64,000 nt of DNA from Acidimicrobiales bacterium. Lineage in GTDB: Bacteria; Actinomycetota; Acidimicrobiia; Acidimicrobiales; Aldehydirespiratoraceae. The position numbers were made by a program, and so were the translations under genes. Under the pieces are notes generated by a model that was not told the origin of the DNA, did not search any database, and worked only from the letters and a program-made list of their open reading frames with translations. Where the stretch lies: positions 82,890 to 146,889 of the forward strand of contig JAQWLJ010000011.1 in the NCBI GenBank assembly GCA_029247365.1, given 5' to 3'. The stretch's first letter is position 1. Each line of letters begins with the position of its first letter. This document shows, in pieces, positions 9,056-18,940 of this stretch.

Positions 9056-11242
9056 TCAGACGAGCGCAGGCTCCGATGCCAGCGAGGCGTCATCGACGAG
9101 GGCCACCTCGAACTCCGGCGCCGGAAGAGCAGAGTCACCCTCGATGTCGATCTCGGGGATCAGCCGATCGAGCCACGCCGGGATCCACCAGTTGAAGTCG
9201 CCCATCAGCTTCATCGTCGCAGGGACGAGGATGATACGAACGATCGTGGCGTCCACGAAGATCGCTGTGGCCAATCCCAGACCGACCATCTTGATCGCAG
9301 GGTCGGGGCCGAGCACGAAACCACCGAAGACCGAGATCATGATCAGCGCTGCGGAGGTGATCACGCGGGCGGTCGAAGCGATGCCATGGATGACCGACTG
9401 GTCGTTGTTACCCGACTGGACGTACTCCTCGCGCACCCGGCTGAGCAAGAACACCTCGTAGTCCATCGAAAGTCCGAACAAGATCGCGAACATGAACATC
9501 GGAATAAACGAGACGATCGGCACCGTCTCTTGCAGGCCGAGGAGCTCTATGCCCCAACCCCACTGGAACACCATGACGAGCACGCCGTAGGCAGCGCCGA
9601 TCGACAAGAGATTGAGAATCGCTGCCTTCAGGGCGACGATCGGCGAGCGGAACACGCCGGTCAGGAGGAAGAACGACAAGAAAACGACGGCGGAGATGAA
9701 CCACGGCAACCGCTGTTCGATCTGGTTGCCAACGTCACCAAAACTCGCAGTCTGGCCGCCGATGTGGGCGCGCTGATCGGCACCGACGACTGTGGGAAAC
9801 ACATCGGCCCGGAGCCGCTGGACGGTCTCGTAAGTCTCGGCGTCCTGCGGGGACGTATACGGATACGCCAACAGGGTGACGACGTTGCTGCCCGCAGCCG
9901 GAGCAGAGGCCTGCACGGCAGCAATGTTGTCATCGGCCTCGACTGCAGCTGCAAGCTGGATAATCAGCTCGGCATCGCCGCCAGTGTCGACCGCGATGAG
10001 CAACGGACCTGAAAAGCCGACACCGAACGCCTCGGTCGTGAGGTCGAATGCCTGCCGTTCAGTGCGATCCTCGGGCAGGTTGCCGTCGTCCGGAAAGCCG
10101 AGTTCCAGCGCGAGGACTGGAGCCGAAAGCATCAGGAGCCCTGCGGTGACACCGACCGCGTACTTCCAGGCGTGGCGCGAGACGTGCGCGCCCCATGCTT
10201 CCCAACGAGGGGAGATGCCTGGGTTGATGACTCGACGGCGACTTGCGCGGATGCCGTTGATTTTGTGGCCAGCAACCCCAAGGAAGGCCGGCAGCAAGGT
10301 GACCGCGGCAACCACCATGATCAGAACCACGAGCGATGTAGCAACGCCGGCTGCGGTCATGAACGGGATACCGGCCACGGCGAGTCCGAGGATCGCGATG
10401 ACGACGGTGCCGCCCGCAAAGATCACCGCCTGACCTGCGGTCGCGACCGCTCGACCCACGGATTCCTCGACAGTCATACCCTGGCTCAGATACTCACGAT
10501 GGCGGGTGACAAGGAAAAGGGCGTAGTCGATGCCGACGCCGATACCGACCATGGCCGCCATTTGTGGAGCCCACGACGGAATGTCGAGCAGGTAGTTGAT
10601 GAGGCCCATGGCGCTGACCCCAAGGGCAAGACCGAACAAGGCCGTGCCGATCGGCAGGCCCATGGCGATGACCGAGCTGAAGGCGACGAGGAGGATGACG
10701 ATGGCGGCAACGATGCCGATCATCTCGCCAGTGCCCGTCTCGGGCTCTTCGAAGGTGAAGAACAGTTCGCCGCTCGCCTCGATCTGAAGGTCGTTGGATC
10801 CGTCGAGTTCAGCCTGGAGCTCTTTGAGATCCTCCAGGGTCTCGACCGAAAGCTGTGCGGTGGCGGGATACCGCACACGCAGTAGTGCGACCGTGCCGTC
10901 GGGCGAGAACTGGGCCGGCGTCACACCAATGACGTCATCGAGCGACGCGAAGTCAGCTCGAACGGCTTCGACCTGCGATGGCTGCTCAACGATCGTGCTG
11001 TCGGCATCGGTCGATGCGACGATGATTTGAGCGCTTACTCCCGCCTCGTCAGACTGGGCCTCCTCGAGGAGGACGAGGGCCTCATCACTGTCAAGGCCGG
11101 GAACGGTGAAGGTGTCTTCGAACTCCTTGCCACCGGTCGCCGACGAAACGATCACGATGGCGGCGATGACAAACCAGATGCCGAGCACGGTCCAAGGCCG
11201 ACGGGCAGCAAACCGACCGAGCCGATACAACGCAGTGGACAT
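9056..11242 (-). CDS. MMPL family (RND superfamily) membrane transporter
   Basis: 728-aa ORF. The N-terminus is MSTALYRLGRFAARRPWTVLGIWFV. There are two hydrophobic 6-TM-like blocks separated by soluble domains, which is the typical MMPL architecture. Confidence 0.85.
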   Translation of the reverse strand: MSTALYRLGRFAARRPWTVLGIWFVIAAIVIVSSATGGKEFEDTFTVPGLDSDEALVLLEEAQSDEAGVSAQIIVASTDADSTIVEQPSQVEAVRADFASLDDVIGVTPAQFSPDGTVALLRVRYPATAQLSVETLEDLKELQAELDGSNDLQIEASGELFFTFEEPETGTGEMIGIVAAIVILLVAFSSVIAMGLPIGTALFGLALGVSAMGLINYLLDIPSWAPQMAAMVGIGVGIDYALFLVTRHREYLSQGMTVEESVGRAVATAGQAVIFAGGTVVIAILGLAVAGIPFMTAAGVATSLVVLIMVVAAVTLLPAFLGVAGHKINGIRASRRRVINPGISPRWEAWGAHVSRHAWKYAVGVTAGLLMLSAPVLALELGFPDDGNLPEDRTERQAFDLTTEAFGVGFSGPLLIAVDTGGDAELIIQLAAAVEADDNIAAVQASAPAAGSNVVTLLAYPYTSPQDAETYETVQRLRADVFPTVVGADQRAHIGGQTASFGDVGNQIEQRLPWFISAVVFLSFFLLTGVFRSPIVALKAAILNLLSIGAAYGVLVMVFQWGWGIELLGLQETVPIVSFIPMFMFAILFGLSMDYEVFLLSRVREEYVQSGNNDQSVIHGIASTARVITSAALIMISVFGGFVLGPDPAIKMVGLGLATAIFVDATIVRIILVPATMKLMGDFNWWIPAWLDRLIPEIDIEGDSALPAPEFEVALVDDASLASEPALV

Positions 11243-11292
11243 GGGGGCTCCTTGGGGGAATGGGAGGACTCAGTCGGCGAGCCGAGGGGGAT

Positions 11293-11312
11293 TCGCTACA
11301 CCGTCGTAGCGA
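11293..11312. promoter_or_regulatory. candidate TetR operator: inverted repeat TCGCTAC-N6-GTAGCGA
   Basis: Perfect 7-bp inverted arms at 11293..11299 and 11306..11312 in the MMPL/TetR divergent intergenic region. A third TCGCTAC half-site lies at 11334..11340. Confidence 0.35.
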
Positions 11313-11373
11313 TCTATCGGAGATGTGCTAGTTTCGCTACGCTCTCGGATCGAAACGTTTGAACGGAGAACAG

Positions 11374-11964
11374 ATGGCCCGACCCCGCAGCGACGCAGCC
11401 CGGGACAAGATGCTAGGAGCAACGGCCGAGATCGTGTTGGCCGACGGCGTGAATGCGGTCACATTCGAAGAAGTCGCCCGACGGTCCGGGGTTGCCAAGA
11501 CAACGATCTACCGACACTTCGAGACAAAGAACCAGCTCCTTCTAGAAGCGCTCGACGGTCAGACGATGGTCCCTCCCGTCCCCGATACCGGGAATCTGCG
11601 GGCTGACCTGCTCGACTTCTTCACCACCATTCAACCGCTCTTCGCGAACGAGCAGCTCCGCGCCGCAACCCTCGACCTCATGGCCGCTGCGGCACGAGAC
11701 AACGAACTCGGGATCCTTCACCGCCACACTGTCCGCGACCGCACGAAAGCAATGCAGACGATCTTCACTCGGGCCCAGGCGCGCGGCGAGCTCCCCGCCG
11801 ACCTCGACTACCTCGACGCGTTCGACTTCCTCGAGGGCCCGTTCTTTGTCCGTACGCTGCTGTACCCCGAGAAGGTGGTCGAGCTCAACCTCGAGCGCAC
11901 GGTCGACCGGATCATCGCCGCACTCACCGCCGAAACACGACAAGGGTTGCCAGCCACGAGATAA
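11374..11964 (+). CDS. TetR/AcrR family transcriptional regulator
   Basis: ORF 11359..11964 with the HTH VTFEEVARRSGVAKTTIYRHFETKNQLL. GGAG lies 5 nt upstream of ATG 11374. It is divergent from the MMPL gene. Confidence 0.85.
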   Translation: MARPRSDAARDKMLGATAEIVLADGVNAVTFEEVARRSGVAKTTIYRHFETKNQLLLEALDGQTMVPPVPDTGNLRADLLDFFTTIQPLFANEQLRAATLDLMAAAARDNELGILHRHTVRDRTKAMQTIFTRAQARGELPADLDYLDAFDFLEGPFFVRTLLYPEKVVELNLERTVDRIIAALTAETRQGLPATR

Positions 11965-11969
11965 CTGGT

Positions 11970-11983
11970 TAGCTATCTAGCTA
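11970..11983. promoter_or_regulatory. TAGCTA-TC-TAGCTA repeat overlapping the ArsR start codon (candidate operator)
   Basis: Two copies of the self-complementary hexamer TAGCTA (11970..11975 and 11978..11983) sit in the 18-bp gap between the TetR stop and the ArsR ATG (11983). Confidence 0.3.
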
Positions 11984-12309
11984 TGGCACTCGCCGAACCG
12001 ACCACCATCGTCGACCTTGAGGCTGCGCTGAAAGCGTTGGCCAGTGAGCGGCGGCTCCAGATCCTCGAGTGGCTGAAGGACGTGCCGGCAAACTTCCCGC
12101 CTCAGGAATACGGAGACCACCTCACCGACGGTGCCTGCAACCAGTTCATCGTCGAGAAACTAGGCGTGAGCCAACCCGCTGGATCGCGCCACCTCAAGGT
12201 GCTCGTTGACGTCGGCATGATCGTTCCCACCCGCCGCAAAGGCTGGACGTACTACCGCCGCGACGACGCCACCATCGCTGCAGTCGCAGCACGGATGACG
12301 GAGGTCTGA
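11983..12309 (+). CDS. ArsR/SmtB family transcriptional regulator
   Basis: 108 aa with ALASERRLQILEWL...VSQPAGSRHLKVLVDVGMI, a winged-HTH of ArsR type. Confidence 0.8.
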   Translation: MALAEPTTIVDLEAALKALASERRLQILEWLKDVPANFPPQEYGDHLTDGACNQFIVEKLGVSQPAGSRHLKVLVDVGMIVPTRRKGWTYYRRDDATIAAVAARMTEV

Positions 12310-12311
12310 CC

Positions 12312-14402
12312 ATGGGTCTGCGCATCGGGGCCGACGTCGGCGGCACCTTCACCGACATCGTGATCGAGTTGGCCAACGGCGACTACTCGTCGATCAAGGT
12401 CCTCACCACCCAAACCGCACCCGAGGTAGGCATCCTCGACGGTCTTGGCCGCATTGCCGACCAGGAAGGCGTGTCACTCGCCGACGTCGAGCAGATCATC
12501 CACGGCACCACGCTCGCCACCAATGCGCTGATCGAGCGCCGAGGTGCAAAGACGGCGCTCGTCACCACCGATGGCTTCCGCGACGTCATCGAGACCCGGA
12601 CGGAGAGCCGGTTCGAACAGTACGACCTCAACATTGTGCTGCCGGCGCCGCTCATCCAGCGTGCCGACCGCCATGTCGTGTGCGAACGACTCAACGCCCG
12701 CGGCGAAGAGCTCGTTCCGTTTGATGAGATCGGTGCCCGGGCACTTATCGAACGCATCGGCGAGGAGAACTACGCGTCGGTGGCCGTCGGTTTCATCCAT
12801 TCCTACGTCAACCCGGTCAACGAGCAGCGGTTCCGCGACCTGTTGTTAGCTGAGATTCCTGGCATCGCCTGCTCCATCTCGAGCGAGGTGTCACCGCAGA
12901 TGCGCGAGTTCGAACGGTTCAACACGGTCTGCGCCAATGCCTACGTTCAACCACTGATGGCGTCGTATCTAGTGCGGTTGCGCGACGAACTCGCCGCCCG
13001 GGGCGCTACGTGTCCGCTGTATCTGATCCACTCGGGCGGCGGCCTGATGTCGGTCGAATCGGCCGCAGCGTGCCCGGTTCGACTCGTCGAGTCCGGGCCG
13101 GCCGGCGGCGCGATCTTCGCCGCCGACCTCGCCAAGCGGTACGGGCGCGACCGCGTGCTGTCCTACGACATGGGCGGGACCACCGCAAAGATCGCGCTCA
13201 TCGAGGACTACACACCGGCCACCGCAAAGACCTTCGAGATCGACCGCACGGCCCGGTTCAAGAAGGGCTCAGGCATGCCCATCTCGATCCCGGTTATCGA
13301 GATGATCGAGATCGGCGCAGGGGGTGGTTCGATCGCATCGGTCGACTCGCTTGGCCAGATCCGTATCGGACCCCACTCCGCAGGATCCGAACCCGGGCCC
13401 GCCGCCTACGGGCTCGGCGGACAGGACGCCACTGTCACCGACGCCAACGTCGAGCTCGGACGACTCCACCCCGATACTTTCGGAGCGAAGGACATTGACC
13501 TCTCCCCCGCCCTCGCGGCCGAGGCACTGGTGCGCTCCGTCGGCGACCGGCTTGGTCTGTCAGCTGGCGACGCCGCCCGGGGTGTCGCCGAAGTGGTCGA
13601 CGAGAACATGACCAATGCAGCCCGGGTCCATGCGGTCGAGAACGGCAAGGACCTGAGCGGCTACTCGATGATCGCCTTTGGTGGTGGCGGCCCGCTGCAC
13701 GCAAGCCGCCTGCTCGACAAGCTCGGACTCGACGAACTGATCGTGCCACCCGATGCCGGCGTGGGGTCGGCCGTCGGATTCTTGCGGGCACCGTTCGCGT
13801 ACGAGGCTGTCCGCAGCTTCTACACGACCACCACCGACTTCGACGTCGACGGTGCCAACCGGGTGCTCGCCGAACTCACCGACGAAGCCGTCGCGTTTGT
13901 TCGAGAGGGCACCGATGCCGAGGTCGTCGTGGAGCGCCAAGTGGCGATGCGTTACAAGGGTCAGGGCTGGGAGATCCCGGTTCGGCTCGGTGACGCTGGA
14001 TCGAACGGCCATGTCTTCGACGAGATGGCGGCCGAACTCCTCGCAGCCGAGTTCACCAAGGCCTACGAGGAGTTCTTCGGCCGAGCGATCGACCATCTCG
14101 CGATCGAGGCGGTCAGCTGGTCGGTCAAGGTCGCATCGGTGGTCGCCCCACCCCCGGCGGTGGAGCTCGTTGCGGCCGGTGAACCCGTTGCTACGACAAT
14201 CGACTCGCTCCCGATGTTCGATCCGGTGACGCGCGGCAACGCCGACGCCGTTCGCGTCGAGCGGACCACGATGGCCCCCGGCTCACAGATCGACGGGCCC
14301 GCAGTGATCGTCGAGTCGCAGACCACCACGATCCTCGCCTCGCACCACCGAGCGGTGATGCAGACCGACGGAACCCTGCTCGTCCGAAGGGAGAACGCAT
14401 GA
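12312..14402 (+). CDS. hydantoinase/oxoprolinase family, A (HyuA-like) subunit
   Basis: 696 aa. The N-terminus MGLRIGADVGGTFTDIV and the later DMGGTTAKI motif are typical of the hydantoinase_A ATPase fold. It starts 2 nt after the ArsR stop. Confidence 0.85.
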   Translation: MGLRIGADVGGTFTDIVIELANGDYSSIKVLTTQTAPEVGILDGLGRIADQEGVSLADVEQIIHGTTLATNALIERRGAKTALVTTDGFRDVIETRTESRFEQYDLNIVLPAPLIQRADRHVVCERLNARGEELVPFDEIGARALIERIGEENYASVAVGFIHSYVNPVNEQRFRDLLLAEIPGIACSISSEVSPQMREFERFNTVCANAYVQPLMASYLVRLRDELAARGATCPLYLIHSGGGLMSVESAAACPVRLVESGPAGGAIFAADLAKRYGRDRVLSYDMGGTTAKIALIEDYTPATAKTFEIDRTARFKKGSGMPISIPVIEMIEIGAGGGSIASVDSLGQIRIGPHSAGSEPGPAAYGLGGQDATVTDANVELGRLHPDTFGAKDIDLSPALAAEALVRSVGDRLGLSAGDAARGVAEVVDENMTNAARVHAVENGKDLSGYSMIAFGGGGPLHASRLLDKLGLDELIVPPDAGVGSAVGFLRAPFAYEAVRSFYTTTTDFDVDGANRVLAELTDEAVAFVREGTDAEVVVERQVAMRYKGQGWEIPVRLGDAGSNGHVFDEMAAELLAAEFTKAYEEFFGRAIDHLAIEAVSWSVKVASVVAPPPAVELVAAGEPVATTIDSLPMFDPVTRGNADAVRVERTTMAPGSQIDGPAVIVESQTTTILASHHRAVMQTDGTLLVRRENA

Positions 14403-16024
14403 GCGCGGCCCAGGAACTGCACAACCAGGTGATGTGGAACCGGCTGGTCTCCGTCGTTGAGGAGCAGGCAATCACCCTCGTCCGTACCGCGTTCTCGACG
14501 TCAGTGCGAGAGGCGGGCGACCTCTCGGCCGGCGTGTTTGACCGCAAGGGACGGATGGTCGCCCAGGCGGTGACGGGCACACCTGGTCACGTGAACACGA
14601 TGGCGGCGGCCGTTGGTCACTTCATCGACGACATCGGACCGGAACGCATCTACCCCGGCGATGTCTACATCACCAACGACCCGTGGAAGGGCACCGGCCA
14701 CCTCCACGACATCACGGTCACCACACCCGTCTTCCGCGACCCCGCCGATGACGGTTCCCTGATCGGCTTCTTCTCATCCACGGCCCACGTCGTCGACGTC
14801 GGCGGGCGGGGTTACGGCCCCGAAGCCCGCGAGGTCTACGAGGAGGGCATCCGTATCCCGATCCTGAAATGGGTCGAACGTGGCGACCTCAACGACGATC
14901 TCGCCACGATGGTTCGTTGGAACGTCCGGGAGGCCGATCAGGTGATCGGTGACATCCACGGCTTGGCCGCCTGCAACGAGACGGGGCGTCGGCGGCTGCT
15001 GTCGATGCTCGACGAGTTCGACATTCCCGATCTCGACGATCTCGCCACGTTCGTCTTCGAGCGCACTACCGCAGCAACGATGGCTGCGCTGGCCAGCGTC
15101 CCCACGGGCACGTACTCGAACACGATGACGGTCGACGGCTATGGCGACCCTGTCCAGCTGGCGTGCGAGATCACCGTCACCGATAAAGGGATGCACGCCG
15201 ACTTCACCGGTACCTCTCCACTCAGTCGCCAGGGCATCAACGTTCCGCTCGGCTACGCAGAGGCGTACTTCACGTACGCAATGCTCGTTGCCCTCGCACC
15301 CGAGCTACCGAATAACTTCGCATCGCTCGCACCATTCACCGTGAGCGCACCGCCCGGCGTGATCCTCAACGCCCAGCATCCCGACCCGGTCGCGGTGCGC
15401 CACGTGATCGGCCACTTCGTCACCGACCTGGCGCTGGGCGCAATCGCCGAGGCGCTGCCCGACGTCGTCCCCGCCGAAGGGGCGGGTGCACTCTGGAACT
15501 TCCAGGCGAGTGCTCGTCAGGCGTCGGCCAGCAACCCGAGGCCGCCGGTCGAGCTCCTGATGTTTAACAGCGGCGGTTCGGGGGCCCGTCCAGCGCTGGA
15601 CGGGCTGACCGCCACCGCATTTCCGTCCGGTGTTCGCACCATGTCGGCCGAGGCAACCGAACAGATCGGACCAATCATCATCTGGCGCAAGGAGATCCGC
15701 GCAAACTCCGGCGGCGCCGGTCGCCAGCGCGGCGGCATGGGACAAATCCTCGAAGTCAGCCCCACCGGCGGGTACCAGTTCGAGTTCTCGGCCATGTTCG
15801 ACCGGGTCGCCAACCCAGCCCGGGGCCGCTACGGCGGCGAAGACGGCGCAACGGGCAGGGTGTACCTCGACGACGGCACACCCTTCCCAACCAAGGGGGT
15901 CGCCACGGTGCCTGCCGGTCGACGTCTCGTGATGGAGCTTCCCGGCGGTGGTGGCTTCGGCGATCCGTCCAAACGCGACCCAGCAGCAACCGAGAACGAT
16001 CGCAGACAGGGCTACACCAGTTGA
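14399..16024 (+). CDS. hydantoinase B/oxoprolinase (HyuB-like) subunit
   Basis: 541 aa. The features VMWNRLVSVVEEQA...FSTSVREAGDLSAGVFD...ITNDPWKGTGHLHD are typical of HyuB. It has an ATGA overlap with the A subunit. Confidence 0.85.
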   Translation: MSAAQELHNQVMWNRLVSVVEEQAITLVRTAFSTSVREAGDLSAGVFDRKGRMVAQAVTGTPGHVNTMAAAVGHFIDDIGPERIYPGDVYITNDPWKGTGHLHDITVTTPVFRDPADDGSLIGFFSSTAHVVDVGGRGYGPEAREVYEEGIRIPILKWVERGDLNDDLATMVRWNVREADQVIGDIHGLAACNETGRRRLLSMLDEFDIPDLDDLATFVFERTTAATMAALASVPTGTYSNTMTVDGYGDPVQLACEITVTDKGMHADFTGTSPLSRQGINVPLGYAEAYFTYAMLVALAPELPNNFASLAPFTVSAPPGVILNAQHPDPVAVRHVIGHFVTDLALGAIAEALPDVVPAEGAGALWNFQASARQASASNPRPPVELLMFNSGGSGARPALDGLTATAFPSGVRTMSAEATEQIGPIIIWRKEIRANSGGAGRQRGGMGQILEVSPTGGYQFEFSAMFDRVANPARGRYGGEDGATGRVYLDDGTPFPTKGVATVPAGRRLVMELPGGGGFGDPSKRDPAATENDRRQGYTS

Positions 16025-16026
16025 CC

Positions 16027-17235
16027 ATGGCACAAACGACGCTGCGTTCAGCTGGCAGACCCGCCTACGACGTGGTGATCGTCGGCGGCGCGATGATGGG
16101 CTCGGCGGTGGCCTGGTGGTTGTCGCTCGATCCTGGATTCAGTGGCTCTGTCCTGGTTGTCGAACGTGATCCCTCCTACGAAGGATCATCGACGGCTGCC
16201 TCGAACAGCTGTATTCGGCAGCAGTTCTCTAACGAGCTCAACGTCCAGATCAGCCAGTTCACAGCTGACTTCATCCGAACCTTTCCCGAGCGATTCGAAG
16301 ACGCCGAAATCCCCTCGTTGGCCACCCACTACTTCGGCTACATGTATCTCGCCGATACCGAAGCGTTCGCTTCGACCTTGCGGGCAAACCAGGCGCTCCA
16401 AGCGTCATGGGGGGCAGCGACGCAGATCATGACACCGGCGGAGATCGCCGAGGCCTACCCCTTCTACAACGTCGATGACATCGTGTGCGGCAGTCACAAC
16501 CTCACCGATGAGGGGTACTTCGACGGCGGGACGATCTTCGACACATGGCGCACCCAGGCCCGGCGCAACGGCGTGGAGTACTGCACGAATGAGGTGGTCG
16601 GAATCGAACTCCTCGACAACCGGGTCACCGGCGTTCGACTTGCGACCGGCGAGACAGTCCACTGCGGGACGGTCGTGAACGCAGCCGGTCCTCGGGCCGC
16701 CCTGGTCGCTGCCATGGCCGGCGTCGACCTTCCGGTTGAGCCCCGGAAGCGCTACTGCTTCACCTTCGACGCCGCCGAGTCACTCGACCGAGCCTTACCG
16801 CTCACAATCGACCCGACCGGAGTCCATTGCCGAAGCGACGGTGGCTCATACTTGGCCGGCTGCACCCCCGACGACGATCACGCCGTGAACCCCGACGACC
16901 GGGCAGCCGATCCCGACGTCTGGGAGGACAAGATCTGGCCGGTCCTCGCCCACCGCATCCCTGCGTTCGAACGGGTGAAGGTCCTCAACCGGTGGGTCGG
17001 GCACTACTCGTACAACACGCTCGATCAGAATGCGATCGTCGGCACGCACCCCACCATCGAGAACTTCGTGTTCATCAACGGGTTCTCCGGCCACGGCCTC
17101 CAGCAGTCACCGGCAATGGGCCGTGGCGTAGCCGAGATGATCGCGTACGGCGAGTACCGATCACTCGATCTCACGCCACTCGGGTTCGAACGAATTCTGG
17201 CCGACGAGCCGTTCCTTGAACGAGCCGTGATCTAG
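16027..17235 (+). CDS. FAD-dependent oxidoreductase (DAO / sarcosine-oxidase-beta-like)
   Basis: ORF 16021..17235 with the dinucleotide-binding motif YDVVIVGGAMMGSAVAWWL and C-terminal GFSGHGLQQSPAMG. The start is TTG 16021 (overlapping the HyuB stop) or ATG 16027. Confidence 0.75.
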   Translation: MAQTTLRSAGRPAYDVVIVGGAMMGSAVAWWLSLDPGFSGSVLVVERDPSYEGSSTAASNSCIRQQFSNELNVQISQFTADFIRTFPERFEDAEIPSLATHYFGYMYLADTEAFASTLRANQALQASWGAATQIMTPAEIAEAYPFYNVDDIVCGSHNLTDEGYFDGGTIFDTWRTQARRNGVEYCTNEVVGIELLDNRVTGVRLATGETVHCGTVVNAAGPRAALVAAMAGVDLPVEPRKRYCFTFDAAESLDRALPLTIDPTGVHCRSDGGSYLAGCTPDDDHAVNPDDRAADPDVWEDKIWPVLAHRIPAFERVKVLNRWVGHYSYNTLDQNAIVGTHPTIENFVFINGFSGHGLQQSPAMGRGVAEMIAYGEYRSLDLTPLGFERILADEPFLERAVI

Positions 17236-17307
17236 GCGAGTCGCCTGGTCGTCGACGACCACCCCTGACCCGTCGGTCGTGGCGGCGATCGCTCTAGCCT
17301 CGACATC

Positions 17308-18933
17308 ATGTCGCTCGAGTTGACGCCGTCGTCATCGTTCCCTCACCGGAGACCGGTGCTCGTCGTGATCGCCGACGGCGTGGGTGAGGCACCGGCCGGC
17401 CCGATGAACGCCGTGACCGAGGCGGCTACCCCGACGCTGGACCGTCTTGCCGAGACCCGCCTATATCGAACGCTCAAGGCCCACGGTCCGGCGGTCGGGC
17501 TGCCGTCCGACGACGACATGGGCAACAGTGAAGTCGGCCACAACGCGCTCGGCAGCGGCCGCGTGTTCGCGCAGGGGGCCAAGCTCGTCAATCAAGCGAT
17601 CGCGTCGGGTGACATCTTCGAGTCCACCGTGTGGCAGGCCATCGTTGAGCGGGCTCGACCCGCCACACTTCACCTGCTTGGGCTCCACTCCGACGGCAAC
17701 GTCCACAGTCACAACGAGCACCTCTACGCACTGATGCGGCGAGCCGTCGCCGATGGAATCGAACGAATTCGCATCCACATCCTGCTTGACGGGCGCGACG
17801 TCGATCCACGCTCGGCGCTGACGTACATCGACACCACCGAGGCGGTCGCCGCCGAACTGAACTCGGCCGGCGCCGACGTTGCCATCGCATCCGGTGGTGG
17901 GCGGATGACGATCACGATGGACCGCTACGGCGCCGACTGGCCGATGGTCGAACGGGGCTACTGGTGCCACGCCCACGGCGAAGGACGCCCGTTCCCATCA
18001 GCACGCGCAGCGGTGGAGACGATGTACGCCGAGACCGACGACGGCGATCAGTACCTCGGCCGGTTTATCGTCGCCGATCACGAAGGCGACCCTGTTGGGG
18101 CAATGACCAACGGTGACGCACTCGTCCTCAGCAACTTCCGAGGTGACCGCGCCATCGAGATCAGCCAGGCGTTCGAAGACCTCGACTTCGGTCACTTCGA
18201 CCGTGGCAACCACCCCGACGTTTTGTTCGCCGGGATGCTGCAATACGACGGCGATCTTCTCGTACCGGCCAATCACCTCGTCGCCCCACCGTCGATCGAT
18301 CGGACCATGGGTGAATACCTGTGTGCCTCCGGACTGCACAGCTTCGCCGTGAGCGAAACCCAGAAGTTCGGCCATGTCACCTACTTCTGGAATGGCAACC
18401 GATCAGGCTACTTCGATGAAGCGCTCGAGACCTACGTTGAGATCCCGTCCGACAACGTCGAACCCAACACTGCGCCCGAGATGAAGCTGCGCGAGATCAC
18501 CGAAGCGACGATCTCGCTGCTGCGCTCGGGTCGCTACTCGATGGGTCGGATCAACTTCCCCAATGGCGACATGGTCGGCCACACCGGCGACCTCAAAGCA
18601 ACGATCGATGCAATGCAGGTGCTCGATGACTGCGTCGACCAGCTCGTACAGGCGATCGATGAAGTCGGCGGGGTGCTGATCTTCACCGCCGACCACGGCA
18701 ATGCCGACGTGATGTACACCGAGAAAGCCGATGGCGAGGTCACGCCCAAGACGAGCCACACCCTCTCGCCAGTCCCGTTCGTGATCCACGACGGAACCGG
18801 CGACAGCCCGGGCTACCGGCTGGTCGACATGCCCGACGCCGGGCTTGCCAACGTGGCCGCAACAGTCCTCGACCTCATGGGGTACGAACCCCCCGCCGAC
18901 TACGAGCCGAGCCTGATCGAACCGGCGAGCTGA
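17308..18933 (+). CDS. gpmI: 2,3-bisphosphoglycerate-independent phosphoglycerate mutase
   Basis: 541 aa with DMGNSEVGHNALGSGR, HLLGLHSDGNVHSH and FTADHGNAD motifs, matching the long-form cofactor-independent PGM. Confidence 0.85.
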   Translation: MSLELTPSSSFPHRRPVLVVIADGVGEAPAGPMNAVTEAATPTLDRLAETRLYRTLKAHGPAVGLPSDDDMGNSEVGHNALGSGRVFAQGAKLVNQAIASGDIFESTVWQAIVERARPATLHLLGLHSDGNVHSHNEHLYALMRRAVADGIERIRIHILLDGRDVDPRSALTYIDTTEAVAAELNSAGADVAIASGGGRMTITMDRYGADWPMVERGYWCHAHGEGRPFPSARAAVETMYAETDDGDQYLGRFIVADHEGDPVGAMTNGDALVLSNFRGDRAIEISQAFEDLDFGHFDRGNHPDVLFAGMLQYDGDLLVPANHLVAPPSIDRTMGEYLCASGLHSFAVSETQKFGHVTYFWNGNRSGYFDEALETYVEIPSDNVEPNTAPEMKLREITEATISLLRSGRYSMGRINFPNGDMVGHTGDLKATIDAMQVLDDCVDQLVQAIDEVGGVLIFTADHGNADVMYTEKADGEVTPKTSHTLSPVPFVIHDGTGDSPGYRLVDMPDAGLANVAATVLDLMGYEPPADYEPSLIEPAS

Positions 18934-18940
18934 ACCGCTC

